From a candidate division WWE3 bacterium RIFCSPHIGHO2_01_FULL_40_23 (GTDB lineage: Bacteria > Patescibacteriota > WWE3 > UBA101185 > 2-01-FULL-41-18), in the NCBI GenBank assembly GCA_001772615.1, contig MEUZ01000001.1:189483-253482 (forward strand): a stretch of DNA of 64,000 bases, read 5' to 3'. A model generated the notes under the pieces. That model did not search any database. It saw nothing but the letters and a program-made list of their open reading frames with translations, and was not told the origin of the DNA. A program made the position numbers and the translations under genes. This document shows positions 37,784 to 46,624 of this stretch, piece after piece (the first letter of the stretch is position 1; the number at the start of each line of letters is the position of its first letter).

Positions 37784-40700
37784 ATGAAAGAAAAACAACA
37801 AACGATTATTAAAAAATCTGCTCTTGCCCCTACGGTGATTGTTTCAGGAGGCGGGGGTTTTATAGGCTCTCACCTTGTTGAAGCCCTCCTCATAAAAGAT
37901 GCGAGAGTTGTCGTTCTTGATAACTTTTCAACAGGCAAAAGATCGTATCTTTCAGGGGTAATGGAAAACCCCAAATTCACTTTAATTGAATGTGACATTA
38001 ATGACGGGATCCCAAAAGGCGTGGAGTCAGCCGATTATGTAATTCATCTTGCTGCGTCCGAAAGTTATATTTATGGAGACGAAAACATTACCCTTGATTC
38101 CCTTTTAACAAACGCGATCGGAACTAAAAACCTTCTTGATCTTTCCAAGAAGTCTTCTTCAAAGTTTCTGCTGGCGTCAACCATAGATATATATCAGGGT
38201 TTAATCTCTTCTCTTGATATAGCCCACTACTTCGGTCAGACGGAGACCGAGGAAAAAAGGTTTTCATACTCCGAAGCCAAAAGATTTGCCGAAGCTTTGG
38301 TATGGGAGTATTACAAAAAGTTTAACCTTAACTCAAGGATAGTGAGGCTTCCCGAGGTTTATGGTCCAAGGATGGACTTCTCTTCTGGAAGTGAGCTTGG
38401 AAGACTTGTTAACCTTTTATTAAACAGAGAAAACCTAGTTGTTTATGGCGATGGGCTTGAAAAAAATTATTACCTGTATATTACGGATACCGTTTCAGGC
38501 ATAATCAAAGCCTTATTTAATGAAGACTCCGAAGGGAAAATCTACACTCTTTCAGGAAGTGACTCGGTTACAACAATTGAGCTCACTTACCTTCTAAAAA
38601 ATCTTTCCCAAGGCCATACGGAAGTAGTATTTAAAAACGCTTCCGATAAAAACAAGCCAAAAGAAGTTAAAATCTCCCCGACTGACAACCTAAACTGGGT
38701 CTCAAAAGTAAGTCTGAAGGAGGGGGTGACAAAAACTTTAAGATGGTACGGGTACGATTTTGAAGGCGGCAGTTTTAAACCTCCTAAATTTGTGGCTAAA
38801 GAGGAAAGGGAAGGAATAACAACTATAAAACCGGAAACTTTTTTGGGAGCCGCGCCCGAAGCTCCAAAGGCGCCGGCGCCTCCTCCTCAAACCCCTGTAA
38901 AACCAAGCGTTACCTTTGCCCCCAAAGCAGAAGTTGAATCAGAAAAGCCTAAAAGAACCTTTGACAAAATAAAGTCAAAACCTCTCACCATTCCCCTTAT
39001 CGGTGCAGCTTTCTCAATTTTTCTTGCTCTTCTTTTGTTTGCAGTTATACCCATCCTTAAAACTTTGTATTTTGCAAACAAGGGTTACTCCCACCTTAAT
39101 GCGGCTACGGAAAATCTGGAAAAATTGTCGCTTTCCGAGGCGCAGCAAAACGGCTCCAAGGCCTTGGCAAGTTTTACAAGCGCTCATAACAGCCTAAATA
39201 ATCTCGGCTGGCTGTTTATTCTTTTAAAAGAGGATGCAAGATTTAGAAACTATTCAAAACTGTTAAAAATAGCAGAATACTCATCTTCAGCCGCAACAAA
39301 TACCTCAATCGGCGCAAAACCTCTAACCGAAATTTGGGATAATCTAAAACCGAATTCAAAATCGGGGGTGAGCGAGGCGGCCATCAGAAAATCTGTAGTA
39401 AGCTTTAAAAGTGCGAGGGAAGATCTTGAAAGGGCGGAGGGAGAGATTAAAGAATTAAATGTAAAAACTTTACCCAAAAAATATGTTTCAAAAATAAACG
39501 AGGTTTCCGAAAAAATCCCGCATGCAAAAGAGGCTCTATCAACTGTTGAAGCTGTAGCCTACACACTTCCTAAACTCCTCGGAGTAAACGGGAGTAAAAA
39601 GTATTTAATTCTTTTTGAAAACCCCAATGAATTAAGGGCTACCGGAGGCTTCATAGGCTCATACGCCGTGGTAGAAATTGAAAACGGCAAAATTAAAGAA
39701 ATCACCATTGATGACATCTACAACATAGACGGGCTTTTAGACCTTAATAATTTTAAAACCCCTTCTTATGATCCGATTAAAAAATATGCAAAGCAGGATT
39801 ATTTAAGAATTAGAGACGCAAACTGGAACCCGTCATTTCCCGAATCGGCAAATACTATTTTAAAGCTGTTTGAAGCGGCAAACGGGGTTAAGTTTAACGG
39901 AGTTGTAGCAATTGACACATACCTTACGGAAGGTCTTCTTAAAGCCACGGGACCTATCTTTCTTACGGCATATAATGAAGAGATAAAAGCGGAAAATCTA
40001 TATGAAAAAGCACAATATTACTCCGAAGCATCTTACATAGAAGGGTCCCAGCAGAAAAAAGCCTTTTTAACCGTTCTTGGAAGTAAGCTTTTAGAAACTA
40101 TCTTTTCACTCCCTGATGAGAAGATCTCCGAAGTTGCAAAAGAGATATTTTCAAACCTTGACCAAAAGCATATCCTGGTTTTTCTTCCAAACAGCGAGCT
40201 TTCCCCAATCATAGCCGAGAAAGGATGGGATGGGACAGTAAGTGCAACAAAAACCGATTATATTTTTATAGTGGACTCAAACGTTGGGGCAAATAAAGCC
40301 AATTATCTTATTGAAGAATCGGCAAAATATGAAATCAAAAATACCTATAGGGACGGCTCCCTTGAAGTAAATCTTACAATTTCATACAAACACCTTGGGA
40401 AAGATTTGACCTGGCCAGGAGGCCCCTACACGGATTATCTAAGAGTTCTTGTTCCAAAAGAGAGCTTTTTACATAAAGCTTCGCGAACGGATACGGGCAG
40501 ATCAGAAACGGATATAACAAAAGCCGTAGTTACCTCCGAGGAATCAGGGAAAAGAACATTTGAGGTCCCTTTCATATTAAACCCGCGTGAAGGAACCGAA
40601 ATTAACTTTAATTACACACTCCCTTCCTCAATCTCGGTAGGGAAAGGCGAGAAGGTCTATTCACTTTACTGGCAGAAGCAGCCAGGTACCAAAGGAATGC

Positions 40701-40837
40701 CGATTTCAATTATTTTTAACACTCCTTTTGGAAAAGAAGTCGTTGAAACCAACCCGCCATTTACAAAAGAAAGGGACACCTACAAATTTTCAACCAGCCT
40801 TGCAAAAGACCTCAAGGCCACTATAAGAACAAAATAG
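37784..40837 (+). CDS. NAD-dependent epimerase/dehydratase fused via TM to a DUF4012-like extracellular domain
   Basis: SGGGGFIG, YSEAKR, VYGPRM; later YLILFENPNELRATGGFIGSY, RDANWNPSFP, GANKAN, QKQPG. Confidence 0.85.
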   Translation: MKEKQQTIIKKSALAPTVIVSGGGGFIGSHLVEALLIKDARVVVLDNFSTGKRSYLSGVMENPKFTLIECDINDGIPKGVESADYVIHLAASESYIYGDENITLDSLLTNAIGTKNLLDLSKKSSSKFLLASTIDIYQGLISSLDIAHYFGQTETEEKRFSYSEAKRFAEALVWEYYKKFNLNSRIVRLPEVYGPRMDFSSGSELGRLVNLLLNRENLVVYGDGLEKNYYLYITDTVSGIIKALFNEDSEGKIYTLSGSDSVTTIELTYLLKNLSQGHTEVVFKNASDKNKPKEVKISPTDNLNWVSKVSLKEGVTKTLRWYGYDFEGGSFKPPKFVAKEEREGITTIKPETFLGAAPEAPKAPAPPPQTPVKPSVTFAPKAEVESEKPKRTFDKIKSKPLTIPLIGAAFSIFLALLLFAVIPILKTLYFANKGYSHLNAATENLEKLSLSEAQQNGSKALASFTSAHNSLNNLGWLFILLKEDARFRNYSKLLKIAEYSSSAATNTSIGAKPLTEIWDNLKPNSKSGVSEAAIRKSVVSFKSAREDLERAEGEIKELNVKTLPKKYVSKINEVSEKIPHAKEALSTVEAVAYTLPKLLGVNGSKKYLILFENPNELRATGGFIGSYAVVEIENGKIKEITIDDIYNIDGLLDLNNFKTPSYDPIKKYAKQDYLRIRDANWNPSFPESANTILKLFEAANGVKFNGVVAIDTYLTEGLLKATGPIFLTAYNEEIKAENLYEKAQYYSEASYIEGSQQKKAFLTVLGSKLLETIFSLPDEKISEVAKEIFSNLDQKHILVFLPNSELSPIIAEKGWDGTVSATKTDYIFIVDSNVGANKANYLIEESAKYEIKNTYRDGSLEVNLTISYKHLGKDLTWPGGPYTDYLRVLVPKESFLHKASRTDTGRSETDITKAVVTSEESGKRTFEVPFILNPREGTEINFNYTLPSSISVGKGEKVYSLYWQKQPGTKGMPISIIFNTPFGKEVVETNPPFTKERDTYKFSTSLAKDLKATIRTK

Positions 40838-40841
40838 CATT

Positions 40842-40910
40842 GTCATCCCGGGGCTTGACCCGGGATCTCTACAGAAGATCCGATGGGATCCCCGCTTTCG
40901 CGGGGATGAC
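40842..40910. repeat. REP-like palindromic element (double hairpin)
   Basis: GTCATCCCGGGGCTTGACCCGGGATC...GGATCCCCGCTTTCGCGGGGATGAC. Confidence 0.87.
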
Positions 40911-40993
40911 ATCCACTCAGAAGATTCTAAGGTAGTTTCTTCAGCCCACGTCAATTGACACTACGGGTTTTCTTAAATAGAATACCCTAGCAA

Positions 40994-41371
40994 GTGGATA
41001 AGAAAACCATTAAAGAACACTTAATCAAAACTTTCTGTTACAAATGCGGTTCAAGTCTTGACGGGGCAAACATCGTGCCCATATCGGAGGCTTCAGTAGC
41101 CGTTACGGCGCATGTAACTTGCCCAAACTGCAAAGCCGAAAGCATGATTACGATCACACTCGGGGGAAGCGGGGCGCAACCGATCACAACGGACCTTACC
41201 CCAGAAGAATTAAAGTCATTTTTCGGACAGAAAGAGATTACAGCAGATGATCTTATTGAACTCCACCTGCTTATTAAAAAAGGACAAGTATGGAGCTTAC
41301 TGCAAAAAAACGAACAGAACTTGGTAAAAAAAGCAAAAAAATCAGAAAAGAAGGAAAACTCCCCGCAGTAG
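40994..41371 (+). CDS. zinc-ribbon hypothetical protein
   Basis: CYKC...CPNC, ITADDLIELH; TTGACA-17-TAGAAT at 40955-40983. Confidence 0.7.
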   Translation: MDKKTIKEHLIKTFCYKCGSSLDGANIVPISEASVAVTAHVTCPNCKAESMITITLGGSGAQPITTDLTPEELKSFFGQKEITADDLIELHLLIKKGQVWSLLQKNEQNLVKKAKKSEKKENSPQ

Positions 41372-41985
41372 TCTTTGCAAAAGACACCCCGTCCATTCCT
41401 CTTACAGTTGATTATCTAAAATTTGAAAGGATTTATACAGCTTCAGGGGAGTCCACCTTAATTGACCTCTCAATAGATAATGAGAAGCCTTTTAAAGTCC
41501 TTGTATCTGAAGTTTCATATCATCCAGTTACCGACAAAATAAACCATGTAAATTTCCACAAAGTAAACCTTAAAGAAAAGATCAGCGCTACGGTCCCTAT
41601 AGAGATAGTAGGGGAGTCTCCGATAGTAAAGGCCGGGGAGGGTATTCTTTTAACATTAATACATGAGATTACGGTTGAATCCCTACCAACCGACCTTCCT
41701 CATGATATTAAAGTTGATGTCTCTGGCTTATTGGAGATAGGGCAGGGGATTCATATTAAAGACCTTCCTGTTGATCTTTCCAAAGTTGAGATTTTAGACC
41801 AGGACCCTCTTGACCTTGTCGTAAAGATTGATTATGCGGAAATGAAAGAAGAGGTAGTTGAAGCGCCCGTAACGGAAGAAGAGCTTGTTGCAAAGGTTGA
41901 AGCTACTGAACAGCTTACAGAAGAAGAGAAAGCCACAAGAGAGAAAGAAAAGAAGGAAGTTAAGGAAAAAGAAGAAAAAGAATAA
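41290..41985 (+). CDS. rplY: 50S ribosomal protein L25/Ctc
   Basis: R...GKK...R.EG.LPAVV, HPVTD.I.HV.F, LP.DLP..I.VDVS.L.IG..IH. Confidence 0.93.
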   Translation: MELTAKKRTELGKKSKKIRKEGKLPAVVFAKDTPSIPLTVDYLKFERIYTASGESTLIDLSIDNEKPFKVLVSEVSYHPVTDKINHVNFHKVNLKEKISATVPIEIVGESPIVKAGEGILLTLIHEITVESLPTDLPHDIKVDVSGLLEIGQGIHIKDLPVDLSKVEILDQDPLDLVVKIDYAEMKEEVVEAPVTEEELVAKVEATEQLTEEEKATREKEKKEVKEKEEKE

Positions 41986-42039
41986 ACCTAAAGAAAAACC
42001 GGCCGAATCTTTATATTTCAGACCCGGCCGGGGAAACTG

Positions 42040-42663
42040 CTAGATAAGAAGTGGCAGGAAGTACGTTATTGAAACCCCAATCACCCCGTTGACAACCGCA
42101 TAAAGTATCAGCACAGCAAATGAGGCCGCGCGCAGGTTCTCATCGGAACTTGACAGTCTGAAGTACCTGAAGATAAACGCCCAGCTGCAAGCAAAAACGG
42201 AAGCAAAGAGGGCGGACATCAGGTATGTTCCCAGGCCAAAGTCAAAAAGCGGCGGTCCCGCAGGTTTAGACACGACCCTGTAAGATGAGCTGTCCGGGAC
42301 AAAGTACGGCAGCAGGGCCACACCTCTTATAAGTGCAGCCAGTGCAAAGAGCCTCATACCCCAAATGAGCCATTCCCACCTTGGAATAAGCCTCTTTAGA
42401 GCCTTGCCCCAGTCAACCCCTTCCACCAGCTTCTTCTCCAAGGGCTTATGAAAAAGCCCGACGAAAATGAGAAGCAACCCTGAAGCAAGCGAAAGGTACG
42501 AAAGGTACCCTCCCGTGCCAAACACGAGAAGCATCAGGTGGGAAAGAAGCAGGCCGAAACCCGCGGTTGCCGCCACAGCGGGAACGCCGTGCTTCTCGTA
42601 AAAACCTCCCACTTTCAGAAGAAGCCCCCAAAGTTCGGCCAATAAGCTCTTAAGAGTTGTCAT
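42040..42663 (-). CDS. multi-TM hypothetical protein (solo GC-richer gene)
   Basis: AAAAGGAGATTAGAG-ATG at 42663; TTGACA upstream; hairpin 41994-42031. Confidence 0.7.
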   Translation of the reverse strand: MTTLKSLLAELWGLLLKVGGFYEKHGVPAVAATAGFGLLLSHLMLLVFGTGGYLSYLSLASGLLLIFVGLFHKPLEKKLVEGVDWGKALKRLIPRWEWLIWGMRLFALAALIRGVALLPYFVPDSSSYRVVSKPAGPPLFDFGLGTYLMSALFASVFACSWAFIFRYFRLSSSDENLRAASFAVLILYAVVNGVIGVSITYFLPLLI

Positions 42664-42742
42664 CTCTAATCTCCTTTTTTCTCTTTTTGATGAAGGTAAA
42701 CCTAACAACGTAAATTGTCAAATGGAATAGCCAAATTGTGTT

Positions 42743-42778
42743 GTCATTCCCGCGCCTGCCCGCCTCTGGCGGGAATCT
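42743..42778. repeat. half REP-like element with nested CCTGCCCGCC motif
   Basis: GTCATTCCCGCG-CCTGCCCGCCTCTG-GCGGGAATCT. Confidence 0.75.
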
Positions 42779-42783
42779 CGTTA

Positions 42784-44937
42784 CTAATCTTGTCTATCCG
42801 GCCAGAGGGAAACAATTAGTGGAGTCTTTTCATTCACAAACACCTTTTCCCAAATCTCTTCTGTGACAAAAGGGATAAAGGGATGAAGAAGTTTAATACA
42901 ATCCTTATAAACTTCTAGAAGAACGGGAATAAAAACTTCATAATCTTTTCTGTCTTTAACACTCTCAATGTATTTATCCGCAAATTCATGCCACACAAAT
43001 TGATAAACAGCCTCCAAAGAATCGGATAACCTGAATTTTTTCAAAGATTTAGAAGCGTCGTTTACAAGACGAATCTTCTTCTTAAGAATCTCCTGATCTT
43101 CTTTCTTTAGTGCCTTCGGATCAGCGCGCTCGTTCAGAATTGCCTCGTCACCAAATTCCTCAACTTTGCCAAGAATAAATCTGCCTATATTCCAAAGCTT
43201 GTTCGCGAAATTCCTTGCCGCAATGAATTTAGGCTCCTGCAAGGACTGGTCGCTTCCCGCGGGATTTCCCATAACAAGACCCATTCTCACACCATCTGCC
43301 CCGTACTTATCCAAAAGATCCATCGGGTCTACAACGTTATTCTTGGATTTACTCATCTTCTGGCCCTTGGGGTCACGAACCAGACCATGAAGGTAAACGA
43401 TTTCAAAAGGAATTTTTCCTGTTACGTAAACGCCAAGCATTATCATTCTCGCAACCCAGAAGAAGATTATTTCGTAGGCGGTTTCCATTACAGACGTAGG
43501 GTAAAAATATTTGTAATCCGGATGGTTGGGGTAACCCAAGGTTGAAAAAGGCCACTGGCCGGAGGAGAACCACGTGTCAAATGTATCAGAATCCTGCACT
43601 AAATTACTTGACCCACACTTGCACTTAACAGGAGCTTCGCCATCTGTTACCACCCACGAACCGCAATCCTTGCATTCCCAAGCGGGTATCCTCATACCCC
43701 AAACAATTTGTCTTGATATATTCCAATCTTTAATGTTAGTAAGCCATCTAAGAATTACCTTTTCAAACCTTTTAGGCACTATCTTTATTTCACCGTTTTT
43801 TACTTTCTCCACCGCAACTTTAGATAAAGATTTTTTGGTGTCGTTCATCCTGATGTACCATTGTGGCAAAGGCAAAGGCTCCAAAATTGTCCCGCATTTA
43901 TAACACAAAGAAACAGCATGTTTATATGGCTCTTCTTTCTTAAAAAGTCCCTTCTCTTTAAGGTAAGAAAGTACTTTTTCCCGCGCCGGAAGTACTTTTA
44001 ATCCCTCAAACTGCCCCGCTTCCTTGGTAAGCTTTCCGTCAAAACCGATTACCTGAATTAATGGCAGTTTATGTTTTTTACAAACATCAAAGTCATTCTC
44101 ATCATGAGCTGAAGTAAGTTTTACAACCCCTGTGCCAAAATCCATTTTTACAAACCCATCCGCCACAATTGGGAGAGAGCTTCCATTTACGGGGTTAGTA
44201 GCAATCTTCCCTATATACTTTTTATACCTCTTATCTTTAGGATGAACGGCTACACCTATATCTCCGGGTATTGTCTCGGGCCTTGCAGTTGCAATAATAA
44301 GACTCTCTTCTCCCTTTACGGGAAACTCTATGTAATACAAGAACCCATCTCTTTCCTCATGCTCCACCTCAAGATCCGAAAACCCCGTTCCGTGCTTGGT
44401 GCAGTAATTTACTAATCTCGCATCCCTGTACAAAAGCCCATCATCATAAAGTCTTTTAAAAGTTTTGTAGGTGGTTTTTACAATGTCAGGATCAAGAGTG
44501 AATTTTTCACGGCTGAAGTCAAGGGAGTAGCCAAGCCTCTTTAACTGATTCTCCATAGTGGATTTATTTTTCTGCACAAAGTCCCAGATGTTTTGATACA
44601 AAGTCTCGCGGTCATAATCAAACCTGCTTTTGCCTTCCTTTGATAACTCTTTTTCATAAACCACTTGCGTTTCAAAACCTGCATGATCAGCGCCAGGGAG
44701 CCAAAGGGTAGGGTCCCCGAGCATCCTATGCCATCTTATTAAGGTGTCCTCAACGGTGTACATGGCATGCCCTAAATGCAGCGGCGCGTTGGCGTTTGGA
44801 GGGGGGAGAATAATAGTGAAGGGCTTTTTCTTAGTATTGATTTTAGGAGCAAAGTAGCCCCCCTTCTCCCACATTTTATAGATCCTATCTTCAACATCCT
44901 TGGGGTTATAAGTTTTCTCCATTTTGGCTTCTTTCAT
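42784..44937 (-). CDS. valS: valine--tRNA ligase (short form, no C-terminal coiled coil)
   Basis: PPPNAN..LHLGH, DHAGFETQ, DWNISRQI.WG, DTFDTWFSSG.WP, KMSKS. Confidence 0.97.
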   Translation of the reverse strand: MKEAKMEKTYNPKDVEDRIYKMWEKGGYFAPKINTKKKPFTIILPPPNANAPLHLGHAMYTVEDTLIRWHRMLGDPTLWLPGADHAGFETQVVYEKELSKEGKSRFDYDRETLYQNIWDFVQKNKSTMENQLKRLGYSLDFSREKFTLDPDIVKTTYKTFKRLYDDGLLYRDARLVNYCTKHGTGFSDLEVEHEERDGFLYYIEFPVKGEESLIIATARPETIPGDIGVAVHPKDKRYKKYIGKIATNPVNGSSLPIVADGFVKMDFGTGVVKLTSAHDENDFDVCKKHKLPLIQVIGFDGKLTKEAGQFEGLKVLPAREKVLSYLKEKGLFKKEEPYKHAVSLCYKCGTILEPLPLPQWYIRMNDTKKSLSKVAVEKVKNGEIKIVPKRFEKVILRWLTNIKDWNISRQIVWGMRIPAWECKDCGSWVVTDGEAPVKCKCGSSNLVQDSDTFDTWFSSGQWPFSTLGYPNHPDYKYFYPTSVMETAYEIIFFWVARMIMLGVYVTGKIPFEIVYLHGLVRDPKGQKMSKSKNNVVDPMDLLDKYGADGVRMGLVMGNPAGSDQSLQEPKFIAARNFANKLWNIGRFILGKVEEFGDEAILNERADPKALKKEDQEILKKKIRLVNDASKSLKKFRLSDSLEAVYQFVWHEFADKYIESVKDRKDYEVFIPVLLEVYKDCIKLLHPFIPFVTEEIWEKVFVNEKTPLIVSLWPDRQD

Positions 44938-44940
44938 AAA

Positions 44941-45192
44941 CTACTCCACAATTTCTCCATCAATTATATTATCGCCCTTGTCATCCCGTGCTTGACCCAG
45001 GATCTCTGTTTTTATCCTTTCTTCTTTGGCATGCGACAAAAATCTAATTAAAAGCGCTAGAAGCAGGGCGGCTATGTCATCCCCATAACCCAAAATAGGG
45101 ACAAAATCCGGTATAAAATCAAGAGGAAACAAAACATAAAGTATCGCAAGAATTAGCATCCAATTGTCTTTTATAAATCTTTTCAGGTTCAT
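44941..45192 (-). CDS. YkvA/DUF1232-family small membrane protein
   Basis: Y...PLDFIPDFVPILGYGDD. Confidence 0.88.
   Translation of the reverse strand: MNLKRFIKDNWMLILAILYVLFPLDFIPDFVPILGYGDDIAALLLALLIRFLSHAKEERIKTEILGQARDDKGDNIIDGEIVE
44980..45006. repeat. half REP-like element inside the DUF1232 coding sequence
   Basis: GTCATCCCGTGCTTGACCCAGGATCTC, read on minus as EILGQARDD. Confidence 0.7.
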
Positions 45193-45203
45193 AACTTTGC
45201 CTT

Positions 45204-45476
45204 AAAAAAACCGTTCTTTAAACACAAAACTCTCTTGCGATTAAAGAACGGCCTTTTAAGTCCGCGCTCATGAAGCAGAGCAAAGCTCACTCCATGGCCA
45301 TGAAGTCAAGTGAAGCTTGTACTTCACGGTACCATCTTTATTCCCCCGAAGTAGAGTAAACTCACTTCAGGACTTAATTTACAGCTATTACGGGCATTCC
45401 CGAAGGGTTCTAATTTCATTAAGATTTCTTCTCTTAGCTTCATCCGGCGACATTACTTCGGACTCAACCGCTTTTT
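45204..45476 (-). promoter_or_regulatory. T-box riboswitch leader (Val) with intrinsic terminator
   Basis: AATAAAGATGGTACCGTG T-box, GA-motif-like UGA/GAA, GUC codon in stem I loop, CCGUAA F-box-like, CCGTTCTTTAA/TTAAAGAACGG + T7 terminator, upstream of valS. Confidence 0.8.
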
Positions 45477-45519
45477 AAACTATAAACCATAATACCAAAT
45501 ATACTGATAAAATAAAAAC

Positions 45520-45975
45520 ATGAATCCAGCTGTGGCACTTATTTTTCTTGGCCTATACGCTTTTACCGTCGGGGTTATAGGAGGGATTATAATAACAACC
45601 CTGGTTAAAACCTTCGGGTACTATATATCTTTAAAAAAAGCCATATTAATAATGTCCCTTTATTATTTTTTATGCCTGATTTTTCGTGTAATCTTTGTTA
45701 CCTACGTCAATTTTACAGGACCGGGCTACCCGATACCCCCCGAAGACGCGGCGGTATACCCGCTCTTATTTTTTATCCTCCCGATAACATCGATACTTGA
45801 AGTTGTACTAATAACAACAATACTTAACCTGAGTAAAGAAAGAATTCCTGTAATCAAGGGTCTGGTTATAGGACTGGTCACAGCCTTGACTCTGGCCGTC
45901 ATAAATTACGGCGGTTTTATCTTACTCTTCTTTAAAATATTTTTTGGGGAAACGGACGGGGGAAGAGGGGGATAA
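45520..45975 (+). CDS. 4-TM membrane protein
   Basis: 151-aa hydrophobic ORF, TGnTAAAAT 6 nt before ATG. Confidence 0.7.
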   Translation: MNPAVALIFLGLYAFTVGVIGGIIITTLVKTFGYYISLKKAILIMSLYYFLCLIFRVIFVTYVNFTGPGYPIPPEDAAVYPLLFFILPITSILEVVLITTILNLSKERIPVIKGLVIGLVTALTLAVINYGGFILLFFKIFFGETDGGRGG

Positions 45976-46004
45976 AACAAGAAACGGTCTGTGAACTAAC
46001 CTAG

Positions 46005-46598
46005 CTATTCAGAGATTTTAAATGAGGAGAGGACTTCTTTTACAAAAGCGACCTTATTATTGAGATCCTGTTCCGTAGTTAAGCTCCTAAAAGACCATAC
46101 ATTTTTACCAGCGTTATATCCTCACGTTATTTCAATATCCAAAGAAGAGTTATATAAGGGGCTGTCTTTATCTTCCACATTAACTCGATATACCTCTAAA
46201 GCTACCTGTTCTTTATTACCTAAAGCTGCCGTTTCCTTTTTCAGAAGCGTCCTTTCTCCCCCAAACCCAACGCCTTGCTCGGGCAATTTTTGGATTGACA
46301 ACTCCGGTGTTGGAAAGTCTATATTTTTATTCTCATATTTTTTTGCGATAAGCTGTACTCCATTTTCTAATTCTTTGGGAAAGACTGTGTCTGGATAGGT
46401 AACTTCAAAATTAAGCTTAGAGTGTTTGAACGTATTTCCGGAAGAACTCTCCGCATCTTCTGCTGTATTAGTAGATAAAGGCGGTTCGGCTGTCCTTGTT
46501 TTTAATACCAAAGAAGTGCCCAAAACGGATACAAGGGCTACAACAATTATTAAAAGGAGAACATTGCTGCTTCCGTTTGTCCTGAATTGGTTGTGCAT
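46005..46598 (-). pseudogene. TM-anchored PsbP-like protein interrupted by an in-frame TGA at 46122-46124
   Basis: FEVTYP motif; reading continues GYNAGK...VKEVLSSFKISE to TAG at 46005. Confidence 0.6.
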
Positions 46599-46624
46599 TA
46601 ATATAGCATATTACAAAATAATCA

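Noticed and set aside
42784-44937. valS as a truncated pseudogene
   Set aside because: HIGH-like, KMSKS and anticodon-binding regions are intact; only the dispensable C-terminal coiled coil is missing.
46122-46124. Genetic code 25 (UGA=Gly)
   Set aside because: Conserved genes (rmuC, uppS, rnhA, yidD) end in TGA at their expected C-termini, and long genes have no internal TGA.
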